Part shown: positions 8,828 to 19,729 of the stretch, one piece after another
Position numbering within the stretch: position 1 is the stretch's first letter
Layout: each line of letters begins with the position of its first letter
Origin: Escherichia coli
GTDB lineage: Bacteria > Pseudomonadota > Gammaproteobacteria > Enterobacterales > Enterobacteriaceae
Direction: 5' to 3' (one strand)
Assembly (NCBI RefSeq): GCF_029227855.1
Contig: NZ_CP074356.1
Length of the DNA stretch: 64,000 bases
The notes under the pieces: generated by a model
Databases searched by the model: none
What the model saw: the letters and a program-made list of their open reading frames with translations, nothing else
What the model was told of the DNA's origin: nothing
Translations under genes and position numbers: made by a program

Positions 8828-10165
8828 ATGAACACTTCACCGGTGCGAATGGATGATTTACCGCTTAACCGTTTTCACTGTCGAATTGCTGCGCTCACTT
8901 TCGGCGCGCACCTGACCGACGGTTATGTTCTCGGCGTCATTGGTTACGCCATTATTCAGCTTACGCCCGCCATGCAACTGACGCCGTTTATGGCGGGAAT
9001 GATTGGCGGCTCGGCGCTACTTGGCCTGTTTATCGGTAGCCTGGTTTTGGGGTGGATCTCCGACTATATTGGTCGGCAAAAAATCTTCACCTTCAGCTTT
9101 TTGCTGATTACGCTCGCTTCGTTCTTGCAATTTTTTGCCACCACTCCAGAGCATCTTATTGGACTACGCATTTTGATCGGCATTGGTCTGGGAGGCGATT
9201 ACTCAGTCGGTCACACCTTGCTGGCTGAATTTTCCCCGCGCCGCCATCGCGGTATTTTGCTTGGCGCATTCAGTGTGGTGTGGACCGTAGGCTATGTGCT
9301 GGCAAGTATTGCCGGACATCACTTTATTAGCGAAAGCCCGGAGGCCTGGCGCTGGCTGCTGGCATCAGCGGCGTTACCAGCCTTGCTGATTACGCTGCTA
9401 CGTTGGGGAACGCCAGAATCGCCACGCTGGCTACTGCGCCAGGGGCGTTTTGCAGAAGCTCACGCTATCGTGCATCGCTATTTTGGTCCCCATGTTTTAC
9501 TGGGCGATGAAGTGGCAACAGCGACCCATAAACACATCAAAACCTTGTTCTCTTCGCGCTACTGGCGGCGCACAGCGTTTAACAGCGTCTTCTTTGTCTG
9601 CCTAGTAATCCCATGGTTTGTGATTTATACCTGGCTGCCAACTATCGCCCAAACTATTGGTCTGGAAGATGCGCTGACCGCTAGCCTGATGCTTAATGCG
9701 TTGTTAATTGTGGGCGCGCTGCTGGGATTAGTTCTGACGCACCTGCTGGCACATCGCAAATTTTTGCTGGGAAGTTTTTTGTTGCTGGCGGCAACGCTGG
9801 TAGTAATGGCCTGTTTGCCTTCCGGCAGTTCATTAACGCTGCTGCTTTTTGTTCTCTTCAGCACCACCATTTCGGCAGTCAGTAATCTGGTGGGCATTTT
9901 GCCTGCGGAAAGTTTTCCTACTGACATTCGCTCGCTGGGCGTCGGTTTTGCCACCGCCATGAGTCGGTTGGGCGCGGCGGTAAGTACTGGCCTGCTGCCG
10001 TGGGTGCTGGCGCAGTGGGGAATGCAAGTCACCTTATTGCTCCTGGCGGCAGTGTTGTTGGTTGGTTTTGTCGTGACCTGGCTATGGGCACCAGAAACCA
10101 AAGCACTCCCGCTGGTGGCGGCGGGAAATGTTGGAGGTGCGAATGAACATTCTGTTAGCGTTTAA
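8828..10165 (+). CDS. ygcS: MFS-family transporter
   Basis: Track ORF 8735-10165; start at internal ATG with GAAGGGG RBS (MNTSPVRMDDLPLNRFHCRIAALTFGAH..., 445 aa); polytopic membrane protein. Confidence 0.8.
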   Translation: MNTSPVRMDDLPLNRFHCRIAALTFGAHLTDGYVLGVIGYAIIQLTPAMQLTPFMAGMIGGSALLGLFIGSLVLGWISDYIGRQKIFTFSFLLITLASFLQFFATTPEHLIGLRILIGIGLGGDYSVGHTLLAEFSPRRHRGILLGAFSVVWTVGYVLASIAGHHFISESPEAWRWLLASAALPALLITLLRWGTPESPRWLLRQGRFAEAHAIVHRYFGPHVLLGDEVATATHKHIKTLFSSRYWRRTAFNSVFFVCLVIPWFVIYTWLPTIAQTIGLEDALTASLMLNALLIVGALLGLVLTHLLAHRKFLLGSFLLLAATLVVMACLPSGSSLTLLLFVLFSTTISAVSNLVGILPAESFPTDIRSLGVGFATAMSRLGAAVSTGLLPWVLAQWGMQVTLLLLAAVLLVGFVVTWLWAPETKALPLVAAGNVGGANEHSVSV

Positions 10166-10922
10166 AGCCGAACCGGATGCCGGAATGCTGGCGGAAAAAG
10201 AGTGGCAGGCGGCGGCTCAGGGTAATAGCGGACCGGATGTTTCGCTTCTGCGAAGTTTGCTCGGTGCTGATGAACAGGCTGCCGCCGCGCTGCTGATGGC
10301 GCAGAGAAAAAACGGTACGTCGATGTCTTTAACCGCGTTGAGCATGGGGGATGAACGGGCGTTGCACTGGCTGCGCTATCTTATGGCTCTTGGGTTTGAG
10401 GAAGCTGTATTGCTGGAGACGGCGGCAGATCTGCGCTTTGCGCCGGAATTTGTCGCTCGCCATATTGCCGAATGGCAGAACCAGAATCCGCTGGAGCTGA
10501 TAATTACTGGCTGCCAAAGCAGCGAAGGGCAGAATGGGCAAACGCCATTTTTGCTGGCGGAAATGCTGGGCTGGCCCTGCTTCACCCAGGTGGAGCGTTT
10601 TACTCTCGACGCGCCGTTTATCACCCTTGAACAGCGTACTGAAAACGGGCTGCGCTGTTGCCGGGTTCGCTTGCCTGCGGTGATTGCCGTGCGTCAGTGC
10701 GGTGAAGTGGCCTTGCCAGTACCGGGAATGCGTCAGCGAATGGCGGCGGGGAAAGCAGCAATTATCCGTAAAACTGTTGCTGCCGAATCGCCAGCGATGC
10801 AGTGTCTGCAACTGGCAAGAGCAGAGCAACAACGCGGAGCGACGCTGATTGATGGGCAAACGGTAGCAGAAAAAGCGCAAAAGCTATGGCAGGACTATTT
10901 ACGCCAAAGGATGCAGCCATGA
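10143..10922 (+). CDS. ygcR: Electron-transfer flavoprotein beta-like subunit (FixA-like)
   Basis: Track ORF 10128-10922; start at ATG after GGAGGT RBS (MNILLAFKAEPDAGML...); ETF-beta family by recalled similarity. Confidence 0.8.
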   Translation: MNILLAFKAEPDAGMLAEKEWQAAAQGNSGPDVSLLRSLLGADEQAAAALLMAQRKNGTSMSLTALSMGDERALHWLRYLMALGFEEAVLLETAADLRFAPEFVARHIAEWQNQNPLELIITGCQSSEGQNGQTPFLLAEMLGWPCFTQVERFTLDAPFITLEQRTENGLRCCRVRLPAVIAVRQCGEVALPVPGMRQRMAAGKAAIIRKTVAAESPAMQCLQLARAEQQRGATLIDGQTVAEKAQKLWQDYLRQRMQP

Positions 10923-11779
10923 ATATCGCAATTGTGACAATAAATCAGGAGAATGCCGCAATAGCGAGCTGGCTGGCAGAACAGGATTTCAGCGGTTGTA
11001 CCCTGGCACACTGGCAGATTGAACCTCAGCCCGTAGTGGCGGAACAGGTGCTGGATGCGCTGGTGGAACAGTGGCAGCGAACGCCTGCGGACGTTGTTCT
11101 CTTTCCGCCGGGAACGTTTGGCGATGAACTGTCGACCCGGCTGGCCTGGCGTTTACATGGAGCAAGCATCTGCCAGGTGACTTCGTTAGATATTCCAACC
11201 GTAAGCGTGCGCAAATCCCACTGGGGAAATGCGCTAACGGCGACGCTGCAAACAGAAAAACGCCCGCTATGCCTTTCCCTGGCGCGTCAGGCGGGAGCAG
11301 CGAAAAACGCCACGTTGCCCTCTGGTATGCAGCAACTGAACATTGTCCCAGGTGCGCTTCCCGACTGGCTGGTTAGCATAGAGAATCTGAAAAATGTTAG
11401 CCGCGACCCATTAGCTGAAGCCAGACGGGTGCTGGTGGTGGGGCAGGGCGGAGAGGCAGATAACCAGGAAATCGCTATGCTGGCAGAAAAGCTGGGAGCC
11501 GAAGTGGGCTACAGTCGGGCGCGAGTGATGAACGGTGGCGTTGATGCTGAAAAAGTGATTGGTATTTCCGGACATCTGCTGGCACCTGAGGTGTGTATTG
11601 TTGTTGGCGCTTCCGGCGCAGCAGCGTTAATGGCGGGCGTACGCAATAGCAAGTTTGTGGTGGCGATTAATCATGACGCCAGCGCAACGGTATTTTCACA
11701 GGCAGATGTTGGCGTGGTTGATGACTGGAAAGTGGTGCTGGAGGCACTGGTGACAAACATTCACGCAGAATGCCAATAA
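10919..11779 (+). CDS. ygcQ: Electron-transfer flavoprotein alpha-like subunit (FixB-like)
   Basis: Track ORF 10886-11779; start at ATG overlapping the ygcR stop (MNIAIVTINQENAA...); ETF-alpha C-terminal FAD-binding region. Confidence 0.8.
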   Translation: MNIAIVTINQENAAIASWLAEQDFSGCTLAHWQIEPQPVVAEQVLDALVEQWQRTPADVVLFPPGTFGDELSTRLAWRLHGASICQVTSLDIPTVSVRKSHWGNALTATLQTEKRPLCLSLARQAGAAKNATLPSGMQQLNIVPGALPDWLVSIENLKNVSRDPLAEARRVLVVGQGGEADNQEIAMLAEKLGAEVGYSRARVMNGGVDAEKVIGISGHLLAPEVCIVVGASGAAALMAGVRNSKFVVAINHDASATVFSQADVGVVDDWKVVLEALVTNIHAECQ

Positions 11780-11789
11780 CGTGCAGCCG

Positions 11790-11870
11790 GATGATCCTGC
11801 CTACGGTTCCGGGCTGGGGACTTGTAAGCCTGATAAGACGCGTCAAGCGTCGCATCAGGCGCTGAATGTC
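11790..11870. repeat. REP (repetitive extragenic palindromic) elements between convergent ygcQ and ygcP
   Basis: GCCTGATAAGACGCGTCAAGCGTCGCATCAGGCGC-type palindromic units typical of E. coli REP sequences. Confidence 0.5.
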
Positions 11871-11925
11871 GGATGTTGCGTGCAGCCTACAAATCACACA
11901 AATTCAACTCGTTACGAGTATCCCG

Positions 11926-12501
11926 TCAAAGCAATTTTTTCGCTAACGTCCAGACCCCGGTATTCGTGGTGGAAAGCGCCACAACACCCGCGTTAATCGC
12001 ATTACGCGCATCTTCTTCATCGCACACCAGCCCGCCGGCAATCAGCGGTTGGCGGATTTTCTCCGTCACCCAGCCCAGCACTTTAGGCATACAGCCTGGC
12101 AGGATCTCAATACAATCCGGATTCGATTGCGCAACTTGCTTATCAATGTTGTGAAACGAAATCGAATCAACAATAAACAGGCGATGAATACAGAAAAAAC
12201 CTTCCGCTCTTGCCGCTTTCAGCATCGATGCTTTCGTGCTGATAATGCCGTCCGCCTCGGTCACCAGTTTCAGAAACTGAATCACCACTTCTTTGTTCGA
12301 TGCGCCTTCCAGCAAATCAACATGAATAAAAGCATATTTCCCGGCGTTCTTAATCTTTTTAACGATATTACTGATGGTGCAGATATTGCCGTACAACACT
12401 GAAATAAACTGGCATTCAGAATCGATTGCCAGTTGCAGGCTGGCATTATCTTTAACGGCAGCAATCACCGGATTCTGGCGGAGCAGGTGTAAGAGGGGCA
12501 T
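11926..12501 (-). CDS. ygcP: GlpP-family (glycerol-3-phosphate-responsive-type) antiterminator homolog
   Basis: 191-aa ORF MPLLHLLRQNPVIAAVKDNASLQLAIDSECQFISVLYGNI...; recalled similarity to the Bacillus GlpP antiterminator family. Confidence 0.8.
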   Translation of the reverse strand: MPLLHLLRQNPVIAAVKDNASLQLAIDSECQFISVLYGNICTISNIVKKIKNAGKYAFIHVDLLEGASNKEVVIQFLKLVTEADGIISTKASMLKAARAEGFFCIHRLFIVDSISFHNIDKQVAQSNPDCIEILPGCMPKVLGWVTEKIRQPLIAGGLVCDEEDARNAINAGVVALSTTNTGVWTLAKKLL

Positions 12502-12517
12502 AAATTATCCTTATTAT

Positions 12518-12778
12518 TTATCCAAAGCGGTAGGTGATGCCGAATCCGGAAGGCGGATAGCGCCACTGTTGTAGTGTTGATTCGTCGCACAGCAAACGGC
12601 AGGTGCCACACTCCAGGCAGCCGCGATAATCAACGCGTAAGTCACCTTCCGGTGTGAGCGAAAAAAGACCAGCTGGACAAGCGTTAATCAACCGTTGTAC
12701 CGTCTGGCGCTCAACGGAGTCAGCCGGAACAATGTGCGGCGCATCGGCAACGCGCCAGAGATTACGGGCTACAGACAT
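12518..12778 (-). CDS. ygcO: Ferredoxin-like protein (FixX-like)
   Basis: Track ORF 12518-12814; start taken at MSVARNLWRV... (86 aa); cysteine-rich motif CLECGTC. Confidence 0.75.
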   Translation of the reverse strand: MSVARNLWRVADAPHIVPADSVERQTVQRLINACPAGLFSLTPEGDLRVDYRGCLECGTCRLLCDESTLQQWRYPPSGFGITYRFG

Positions 12779-14040
12779 CGCAGACTCCTGATAACATCGC
12801 CCGCCAGATGCCACAGGCCGTGACGACGTAAATGACGCCAGAATAACTGGCGCAGCGGTGGAACAGGTTTATCACCCTGATCCCATAAATCACGGGAAAT
12901 ATCCTGCATTAACGCAGGCCACGCACGGTACCATCCAGGGCGTTGCAAAAGCGCCGGAACATGCTGATAACGTTGTAGAACATCCCATAGCAGGCTGCGC
13001 TCTACGTTGTGATGATAAAGCGCAAACAGATTTTGCGGCTCGCGGTGCTGGCAGGCGCTTATCAGCGTTTGTGCCGCCGCCTGCGCGCCAGTCAGCGCCA
13101 TATCCATGCCGCGCACGGAAATTCCGGTATTGACGCAACTGCGCAACGCATCGCCCACCAGCAGCCAGCCGTTACCGGCGTATTGCACCGGCATACTGTG
13201 CAAGCCACCTTCTGGCACCAGATGCGCACCATACTCCAGTGATTCCGTGTTTTTGATAAGCGGGCGCACTGCCGGATGCGTTTTAAAGCGAGCCAGCAGC
13301 TCGCTTGCCGGAACACGACTTTGCGTAAGGGAAGAGAGCGGGCAAACAATCCCTAACGAGAGCGTTTGTTGATTAGTATAAAGAAATGCGCCGCCGGGTA
13401 AGTCATCACAGATCCCGCCGCTGAACAGCAACGCTGCGCCTTCGTTATTCTCCAGATGAAAACGTTCTTCAATAGCGGATGTTTCCAGCGACAGCACTTC
13501 TTTGATCCCCAACGCCATCGCTTCGCCAGCAGGACGAGTCACTAACCCGTGACGTTCAGCCAGGACGCTGTTGGCACCTTCTGCCAGCACCACATAACGG
13601 GCGCGGAGAATATCGTCACCACAAATGACACCACACACCCTGCCGTTTTCTTCATACAGCGCATCCACCGTCGCACCGGGGATGCATTCGACACCTTCTT
13701 TTTCGGCTTCGGCAACCAGCCACGGATCGAACCGTGCACGTAATACACTCCAGGATTCACGGCCGGGCTGTAAGCTGGAAAACGTCGTTGCGCCATCCGG
13801 CGTTAGCAGAGAAAGGCTTTCGTGAGTGATGCGTCGTTCAAGAGGCGCGGTCAGATGAAATTGCGGGAGGAGTTCCGCGAGCGCATGGGTGTATAAACGC
13901 CCGCCGGAAAGATTTTTGCTGCCGGGGATTTCAGCGCGTTCCAGTAACAGAACGGACAAACCTGCCCGCGTGCAGCGTAACGCGCAAGCGGTGCCTGCTA
14001 TACCCGCACCAATAATAATAATGTCGCAGTTGTCTTCCAT
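12769..14040 (-). CDS. ygcN: FAD-dependent oxidoreductase (FixC / ETF-quinone-oxidoreductase-like)
   Basis: Track ORF 12769-14070; start at MEDNCDIIIIGAGIAGTACALR... (423 aa) with dinucleotide-binding GxGxxG motif. Confidence 0.8.
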   Translation of the reverse strand: MEDNCDIIIIGAGIAGTACALRCTRAGLSVLLLERAEIPGSKNLSGGRLYTHALAELLPQFHLTAPLERRITHESLSLLTPDGATTFSSLQPGRESWSVLRARFDPWLVAEAEKEGVECIPGATVDALYEENGRVCGVICGDDILRARYVVLAEGANSVLAERHGLVTRPAGEAMALGIKEVLSLETSAIEERFHLENNEGAALLFSGGICDDLPGGAFLYTNQQTLSLGIVCPLSSLTQSRVPASELLARFKTHPAVRPLIKNTESLEYGAHLVPEGGLHSMPVQYAGNGWLLVGDALRSCVNTGISVRGMDMALTGAQAAAQTLISACQHREPQNLFALYHHNVERSLLWDVLQRYQHVPALLQRPGWYRAWPALMQDISRDLWDQGDKPVPPLRQLFWRHLRRHGLWHLAGDVIRSLRCL

Positions 14041-14117
14041 GTCATGCCCCAGATATCCAGAACACAACACCCTAACATGGCGTTACTTAAGGGAAATTGA
14101 CCGCCGACACACTCTTA

Positions 14118-14483
14118 TCATTCGCCGCGATAGATACAGCCTGCAGTACAGGTTTCTTTTACCATCACCGCACTTAACAGCGGCACAACCGGTTTAACTT
14201 GATCCCAAATCCATTTTGCTAAAACTTCGCTGGTTGGGTTTTCCAGACCTGGAATATCATTGAGATAATGGTGATCGAGACGCTCGTAGGTTGGCTTAAA
14301 CGCCGCTTTCAGTTCAGCGAAATCGATAATCCAGCCCGTATGCGGATCGACTTCCCCGGTGATTTCCAGTCGCACCATAAAGGAATGCCCGTGCAGGCGA
14401 CCACATTTATGCCCTTCCGGGACGTGTGGTAAGCGGTGAGCGGCTTCGAAGGTGAAATCTTTAAATAACGTGGTGGACATCAT
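14118..14483 (-). CDS. queD: 6-carboxy-5,6,7,8-tetrahydropterin synthase
   Basis: Track ORF 14118-14567; start at [35 protein letters not shown]... (121 aa); PTPS family Cys/His motifs. Confidence 0.85.
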   Translation of the reverse strand: MMSTTLFKDFTFEAAHRLPHVPEGHKCGRLHGHSFMVRLEITGEVDPHTGWIIDFAELKAAFKPTYERLDHHYLNDIPGLENPTSEVLAKWIWDQVKPVVPLLSAVMVKETCTAGCIYRGE

Positions 14484-14798
14484 AATTTCTCTACAGGACG
14501 ATAAAACCGCCGTAGAGTACCGGAAAGCCTGTTTTTTCGCATTACTAAAAACGGGTTTGTTGCGCAAAATGACCGATTTAACTTAATTGTGGCCGATATT
14601 TATCTATTTTTCATAGAGTTAATAAATCTATTTTGTTGTTAAAGACTATTGCTAAAACAGGTTAGTCGATTTGGTTATTAGTTATCGCTATCCCGTCTTT
14701 AATCCATCCCCTTCGCGCCGTTAACCTTACCTTCTCTTCTGTTTTATGGGCGCTGACAGGGCCGATAAACAGCTTTGCTTACTGGAACATAACGACGC

Positions 14799-16598
14799 AT
14801 GACGACACAGGTCCCACCTTCCGCTTTGCTTCCGCTGAACCCGGAGCAACTGGCACGCCTCCAGGCGGCCACAACCGATTTAACGCCCACCCAGCTTGCC
14901 TGGGTTTCTGGCTATTTCTGGGGAGTGCTTAACCAGCAACCTGCTGCGCTTGCAGCGACGCCAGCTCCTGGTGCAGAAATGCCGGGTATAACGATTATCT
15001 CTGCTTCGCAAACCGGCAATGCGCGTCGGGTCGCCGAAGCATTACGCGATGATTTATTAGCGGCAAAACTGAACGTTAAGCTGGTGAACGCGGGCGACTA
15101 TAAATTCAAACAAATCGCCAGTGAAAAACTGCTTATCGTGGTGACGTCAACACAAGGGGAAGGGGAGCCGCCGGAAGAAGCCGTCGCGCTGCATAAGTTC
15201 CTGTTCTCCAAAAAAGCGCCGAAGCTGGAAAACACCTCGTTTGCTGTGTTTAGCCTCGGCGATAGCTCTTATGAATTTTTCTGCCAGTCCGGGAAAGATT
15301 TCGACAGCAAGCTGGCGGAACTTGGCGGTGAACGCCTGCTCGATCGTGTCGATGCCGATGTTGAATACCAGGCTGCCGCCAGCGAATGGCGCGCCCGCGT
15401 GGTTGATGTACTGAAATCGCGCGCGCCTGTCGCAGCACCTTCACAATCCGTCGCCACTGGTGCGGTGAATGAAATCCACACCAGCCCATACAGCAAAGAA
15501 GCGCCGCTGGTGGCGAGTCTCTCTGTTAACCAGAGAATTACTGGACGTAACTCTGAAAAAGACGTTCGCCATATCGAAATTGACTTAGGCGACTCTGGCC
15601 TGCGTTATCAGCCGGGCGATGCGCTGGGTGTCTGGTATCAGAACGATCCGGCACTGGTTAAAGAACTTGTCGAACTGCTGTGGCTGAAAGGCGATGAACC
15701 CGTCACCGTTGATGGCAAAACGCTGACTCTGAGTGAAGCGCTACAGTGGCATTTTGAATTGACGGTTAACACCGCCAACATCGTTGAGAACTACGCCACG
15801 CTTACCCGCAGTGAAACGCTGCTACCACTGGTGGGCGATAAAGCGAAATTGCAGCATTACGCCGCGACCACCCCAATTGTCGACATGGTGCGTTTCTCTC
15901 CGGCGCAACTGGATGCCGAAGCGCTGATTAATCTGCTGCGTCCGCTGACCCCGCGCCTGTATTCCATCGCCTCCTCGCAGGCGGAAGTCGAGAACGAAGT
16001 ACATGTCACCGTTGGTGTGGTGCGTTACGACGTGGAAGGCCGAGCCCGTGCCGGTGGTGCCTCCAGCTTCCTCGCGGATCGCGTGGAAGAAGAGGGTGAA
16101 GTCCGCGTCTTTATCGAACATAACGATAACTTCCGCCTGCCAGCCAATCCGGAAACGCCGGTGATTATGATTGGCCCAGGCACCGGCATCGCGCCGTTCC
16201 GCGCCTTTATGCAGCAACGCGCCGCCGACGAAGCGCCGGGGAAAAACTGGCTGTTCTTTGGCAACCCGCACTTTACGGAAGATTTCCTCTACCAGGTGGA
16301 ATGGCAGCGCTACGTCAAAGAGGGCGTGCTGACGCGTATCGATCTTGCCTGGTCGCGCGATCAAAAAGAAAAAATTTACGTACAAGACAAACTGCGCGAA
16401 CAGGGCGCAGAGCTGTGGCGCTGGATCAATGACGGTGCCCACATTTATGTCTGCGGCGACGCTAATCGCATGGCGAAAGACGTTGAGCAGGCACTTCTGG
16501 AAGTGATTGCCGAATTTGGTGGCATGGACACCGAAGCGGCGGATGAATTTTTAAGTGAGCTGCGCGTAGAGCGCCGTTATCAGCGAGATGTCTACTAA
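14799..16598 (+). CDS. cysJ: Sulfite reductase [NADPH] flavoprotein alpha component
   Basis: 599-aa [33 protein letters not shown]...; flavodoxin plus FAD/NADPH domains; cysJIH order. Confidence 0.95.
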   Translation: MTTQVPPSALLPLNPEQLARLQAATTDLTPTQLAWVSGYFWGVLNQQPAALAATPAPGAEMPGITIISASQTGNARRVAEALRDDLLAAKLNVKLVNAGDYKFKQIASEKLLIVVTSTQGEGEPPEEAVALHKFLFSKKAPKLENTSFAVFSLGDSSYEFFCQSGKDFDSKLAELGGERLLDRVDADVEYQAAASEWRARVVDVLKSRAPVAAPSQSVATGAVNEIHTSPYSKEAPLVASLSVNQRITGRNSEKDVRHIEIDLGDSGLRYQPGDALGVWYQNDPALVKELVELLWLKGDEPVTVDGKTLTLSEALQWHFELTVNTANIVENYATLTRSETLLPLVGDKAKLQHYAATTPIVDMVRFSPAQLDAEALINLLRPLTPRLYSIASSQAEVENEVHVTVGVVRYDVEGRARAGGASSFLADRVEEEGEVRVFIEHNDNFRLPANPETPVIMIGPGTGIAPFRAFMQQRAADEAPGKNWLFFGNPHFTEDFLYQVEWQRYVKEGVLTRIDLAWSRDQKEKIYVQDKLREQGAELWRWINDGAHIYVCGDANRMAKDVEQALLEVIAEFGGMDTEAADEFLSELRVERRYQRDVY

Positions 16599-18310
16599 TG
16601 AGCGAAAAACATCCAGGGCCTTTAGTGATCGAAGGAAAACTGACAGACGCCGAGCGCATGAAGCTTGAAAGCAACTACCTGCGCGGCACCATTGCGGAAG
16701 ATTTAAACGACGGTCTGACCGGCGGCTTTAAGGGCGATAACTTCCTGCTGATCCGCTTCCACGGCATGTATCAGCAGGATGACCGCGACATCCGCGCCGA
16801 ACGTGCTGAACAGAAGCTGGAGCCACGTCATGCAATGCTGTTGCGCTGCCGTCTGCCGGGTGGCGTGATTACCACCAAACAGTGGCAGGCGATCGATAAA
16901 TTTGCCGGTGAAAACACCATCTATGGCAGCATTCGCCTGACCAACCGCCAGACGTTTCAGTTCCACGGCATTCTGAAAAAGAACGTCAAACCGGTGCACC
17001 AGATGCTGCACTCGGTCGGTCTTGATGCGCTGGCGACTGCTAACGACATGAACCGTAACGTACTCTGCACCTCGAACCCTTACGAGTCGCAGCTACACGC
17101 GGAAGCGTATGAATGGGCGAAGAAAATCTCTGAACATCTGCTGCCGCGTACCCGCGCGTATGCGGAGATCTGGCTCGATCAGGAAAAAGTCGCCACCACC
17201 GATGAAGAACCGATCCTCGGTCAGACTTATTTGCCGCGTAAATTCAAAACTACGGTAGTGATCCCGCCGCAGAACGATATCGATCTGCATGCCAACGACA
17301 TGAACTTCGTGGCAATCGCCGAAAACGGCAAGCTGGTGGGCTTTAACCTGTTGGTGGGCGGTGGGCTTTCTATCGAACACGGCAACAAGAAAACCTACGC
17401 CCGCACGGCGAGTGAGTTTGGCTATCTGCCGCTGGAGCATACGCTGGCGGTGGCAGAAGCCGTCGTGACGACTCAGCGCGACTGGGGTAACCGTACCGAT
17501 CGTAAAAATGCCAAAACCAAATACACGCTGGAGCGCGTGGGGGTTGAGACGTTTAAAGCGGAAGTGGAGCGTCGCGCGGGGATCAAATTTGAACCGATCC
17601 GTCCATATGAGTTCACCGGACGCGGCGATCGTATTGGCTGGGTTAAAGGCATTGATGATAACTGGCACCTGACGCTGTTTATCGAAAATGGTCGCATCCT
17701 TGATTATCCTGGGCGTCCGCTGAAAACCGGCCTGCTGGAGATCGCGAAGATCCACAAAGGCGATTTCCGCATTACGGCGAACCAGAATCTGATCATCGCC
17801 GGTGTGCCGGAAAGCGAGAAAGCGAAGATCGAGAAGATTGCCAAAGAGAGCGGGTTAATGAATGCCGTCACGCCGCAGCGTGAAAACTCAATGGCCTGCG
17901 TGTCATTCCCGACTTGCCCGCTGGCGATGGCCGAAGCCGAGCGTTTCCTGCCGTCTTTTATCGACAACATCGATAATTTAATGGCGAAACATGGTGTCAG
18001 CGATGAGCATATCGTGATGCGTGTAACAGGCTGCCCGAACGGTTGTGGTCGCGCGATGCTGGCGGAAGTGGGCCTGGTGGGTAAAGCGCCGGGTCGCTAC
18101 AACCTGCATCTTGGCGGCAACCGCATTGGGACACGTATCCCACGGATGTATAAAGAAAACATCACCGAACCGGAAATCCTGGCGTCGCTTGATGAACTGA
18201 TAGGGCGCTGGGCGAAAGAGCGCGAAGCGGGTGAAGGCTTCGGCGACTTTACGGTGCGTGCGGGCATCATTCGCCCGGTGCTCGATCCGGCGCGCGATTT
18301 GTGGGATTAA
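16598..18310 (+). CDS. cysI: Sulfite reductase [NADPH] hemoprotein beta component
   Basis: 570-aa [52 protein letters not shown]...; start overlaps cysJ stop. Confidence 0.95.
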   Translation: MSEKHPGPLVIEGKLTDAERMKLESNYLRGTIAEDLNDGLTGGFKGDNFLLIRFHGMYQQDDRDIRAERAEQKLEPRHAMLLRCRLPGGVITTKQWQAIDKFAGENTIYGSIRLTNRQTFQFHGILKKNVKPVHQMLHSVGLDALATANDMNRNVLCTSNPYESQLHAEAYEWAKKISEHLLPRTRAYAEIWLDQEKVATTDEEPILGQTYLPRKFKTTVVIPPQNDIDLHANDMNFVAIAENGKLVGFNLLVGGGLSIEHGNKKTYARTASEFGYLPLEHTLAVAEAVVTTQRDWGNRTDRKNAKTKYTLERVGVETFKAEVERRAGIKFEPIRPYEFTGRGDRIGWVKGIDDNWHLTLFIENGRILDYPGRPLKTGLLEIAKIHKGDFRITANQNLIIAGVPESEKAKIEKIAKESGLMNAVTPQRENSMACVSFPTCPLAMAEAERFLPSFIDNIDNLMAKHGVSDEHIVMRVTGCPNGCGRAMLAEVGLVGKAPGRYNLHLGGNRIGTRIPRMYKENITEPEILASLDELIGRWAKEREAGEGFGDFTVRAGIIRPVLDPARDLWD

Positions 18311-18330
18311 CCATCAGCCCGGTCTTGTAG

Positions 18331-18362
18331 GCCTGATAAGACGCGTGAGCGTCGCATCAGGC
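18331..18362. repeat. REP-like palindromic element between cysI and cysH
   Basis: GCCTGATAAGACGCGTGAGCGTCGCATCAGGC, an imperfect palindrome of the REP type. Confidence 0.45.
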
Positions 18363-18383
18363 AAGGCAAACAGTGAGGAATCT

Positions 18384-19118
18384 ATGTCCAAACTCGATCT
18401 AAACGCCCTGAACGAACTGCCGAAGGTAGATCGCATTCTGGCGCTGGCAGAAACTAACGCCGAACTGGAAAAACTGGACGCTGAAGGCCGCGTTGCCTGG
18501 GCGCTGGATAATCTGCCCGGTGAATATGTACTTTCTTCCAGTTTCGGCATTCAGGCGGCGGTGAGCCTGCATCTGGTGAATCAGATTCGCCCGGATATTC
18601 CAGTGATCCTCACCGATACGGGTTACTTGTTCCCGGAAACCTACCGCTTTATTGACGAGTTAACGGACAAACTCAAGCTCAACCTGAAAGTGTACCGCGC
18701 TACCGAAAGCGCCGCCTGGCAGGAAGCACGTTACGGAAAACTGTGGGAGCAGGGTGTTGAAGGCATTGAAAAGTACAATGACATCAACAAAGTCGAACCG
18801 ATGAACCGGGCGCTGAAAGAACTGAATGCGCAAACCTGGTTTGCTGGCCTGCGCCGTGAACAATCCGGCAGCCGCACCAATTTACCGGTGCTGGCAATTC
18901 AGCGTGGCGTATTTAAAGTGCTGCCGATTATCGACTGGGATAACCGAACTATTTATCAGTACCTGCAAAAACATGGCCTGAAATATCACCCATTATGGGA
19001 TGAAGGATATTTATCGGTCGGTGATACCCATACAACCCGTAAATGGGAACCCGGCATGGCGGAAGAAGAAACGCGTTTCTTTGGCTTAAAAAGAGAATGT
19101 GGGTTACACGAAGGGTAA
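18384..19118 (+). CDS. cysH: Phosphoadenosine phosphosulfate (PAPS) reductase
   Basis: Track ORF 18231-19118; start at [20 protein letters not shown]... (244 aa); C-terminal ECGLH motif. Confidence 0.9.
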   Translation: MSKLDLNALNELPKVDRILALAETNAELEKLDAEGRVAWALDNLPGEYVLSSSFGIQAAVSLHLVNQIRPDIPVILTDTGYLFPETYRFIDELTDKLKLNLKVYRATESAAWQEARYGKLWEQGVEGIEKYNDINKVEPMNRALKELNAQTWFAGLRREQSGSRTNLPVLAIQRGVFKVLPIIDWDNRTIYQYLQKHGLKYHPLWDEGYLSVGDTHTTRKWEPGMAEEETRFFGLKRECGLHEG

Positions 19119-19136
19119 ATATTGCCGGATAAATTA

Positions 19137-19174
19137 AACGCCTCTGTCAGAAATGATGGGGGCGTTTTTATTTT
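19137..19174 (+). terminator. Rho-independent terminator after cysH
   Basis: Inverted repeat AACGCC...GGCGTT (19137-19142 / 19161-19166) followed by TTTATTTT. Confidence 0.5.
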
Positions 19175-19279
19175 GCGAGCAGCATTCCTGATTTTAAACG
19201 TGAACGCCGCTGGAAGAATTATCAGGTATAGAATGGCGTTGGGTGCTTGAGGCTGTCTGGCGTTAAGCATTCGCGAGGT

Positions 19280-19343
19280 TCCAGATGGACAAAAGCCCCA
19301 GGCGATATTTCTATCAACCTGAGGCCAGCGTTCGAACCTAAGC
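19280..19343 (-). ncRNA. Candidate Sok-type antisense RNA (sokX-like) opposite the hokX leader
   Basis: Minus-strand promoter-like elements TTGCCT (complement of 19374-19379), 17-bp spacer, TAACAT (complement of 19351-19356) overlapping the hokX SD/ATG, as in hok/sok loci; a weak hairpin plus U-run near 19280. Extent is approximate. Confidence 0.3.
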
Positions 19344-19382
19344 AATTCGAATGTTAGTCTCTTCTTTGCAGGGAGGCAAGAC

Positions 19383-19535
19383 ATGCTGACAAAATATGCC
19401 CTTGTGGCAATCATCGTACTGTGTTGTACAGTACTGGGATTCACGCTGATGGTAGGCGACTCGTTGTGTGAGTTGAGTATCAGAGAACGTGGTATGGAGT
19501 TTAAGGCAGTTCTCGCTTACGAATCGAAGAAGTAG
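19383..19535 (+). CDS. hokX: Hok-family small membrane toxin (type I toxin-antitoxin)
   Basis: 50-codon [53 protein letters not shown] with GGGAGG RBS 6 nt upstream; hydrophobic helix plus conserved Hok/Gef C-terminal pattern; below the ORF-track size cut-off. Confidence 0.75.
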   Translation: MLTKYALVAIIVLCCTVLGFTLMVGDSLCELSIRERGMEFKAVLAYESKK

Positions 19536-19729
19536 CCACCACGCGGGGGTAAAACCCCGCGTATTGAATTGTGATGGTTTGGTCTCCTGCACCCTTTTTT
19601 AATTTATATTGTTTATGTGAATATTATGCCTATGTTTATTATTCATATATATTACGGATGAAAATTATTTGATTATTCATAATGTAAATATTTTATTGAA
19701 CGATATATATCACAGATAATTTTTAATAT

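Noticed and set aside
7716-8840. Long antisense ORF 7716-8840 (-), 374 aa
   Set aside because: Fully overlaps ygcU on the opposite strand; ygcU has clear flavoprotein features, and long antisense frames are common in GC-rich E. coli genes.
15822-17755. Antisense ORFs inside cysJ and cysI (15822-16442, 17093-17755)
   Set aside because: Overlap highly conserved sulfite reductase genes on the opposite strand; no independent start signals.
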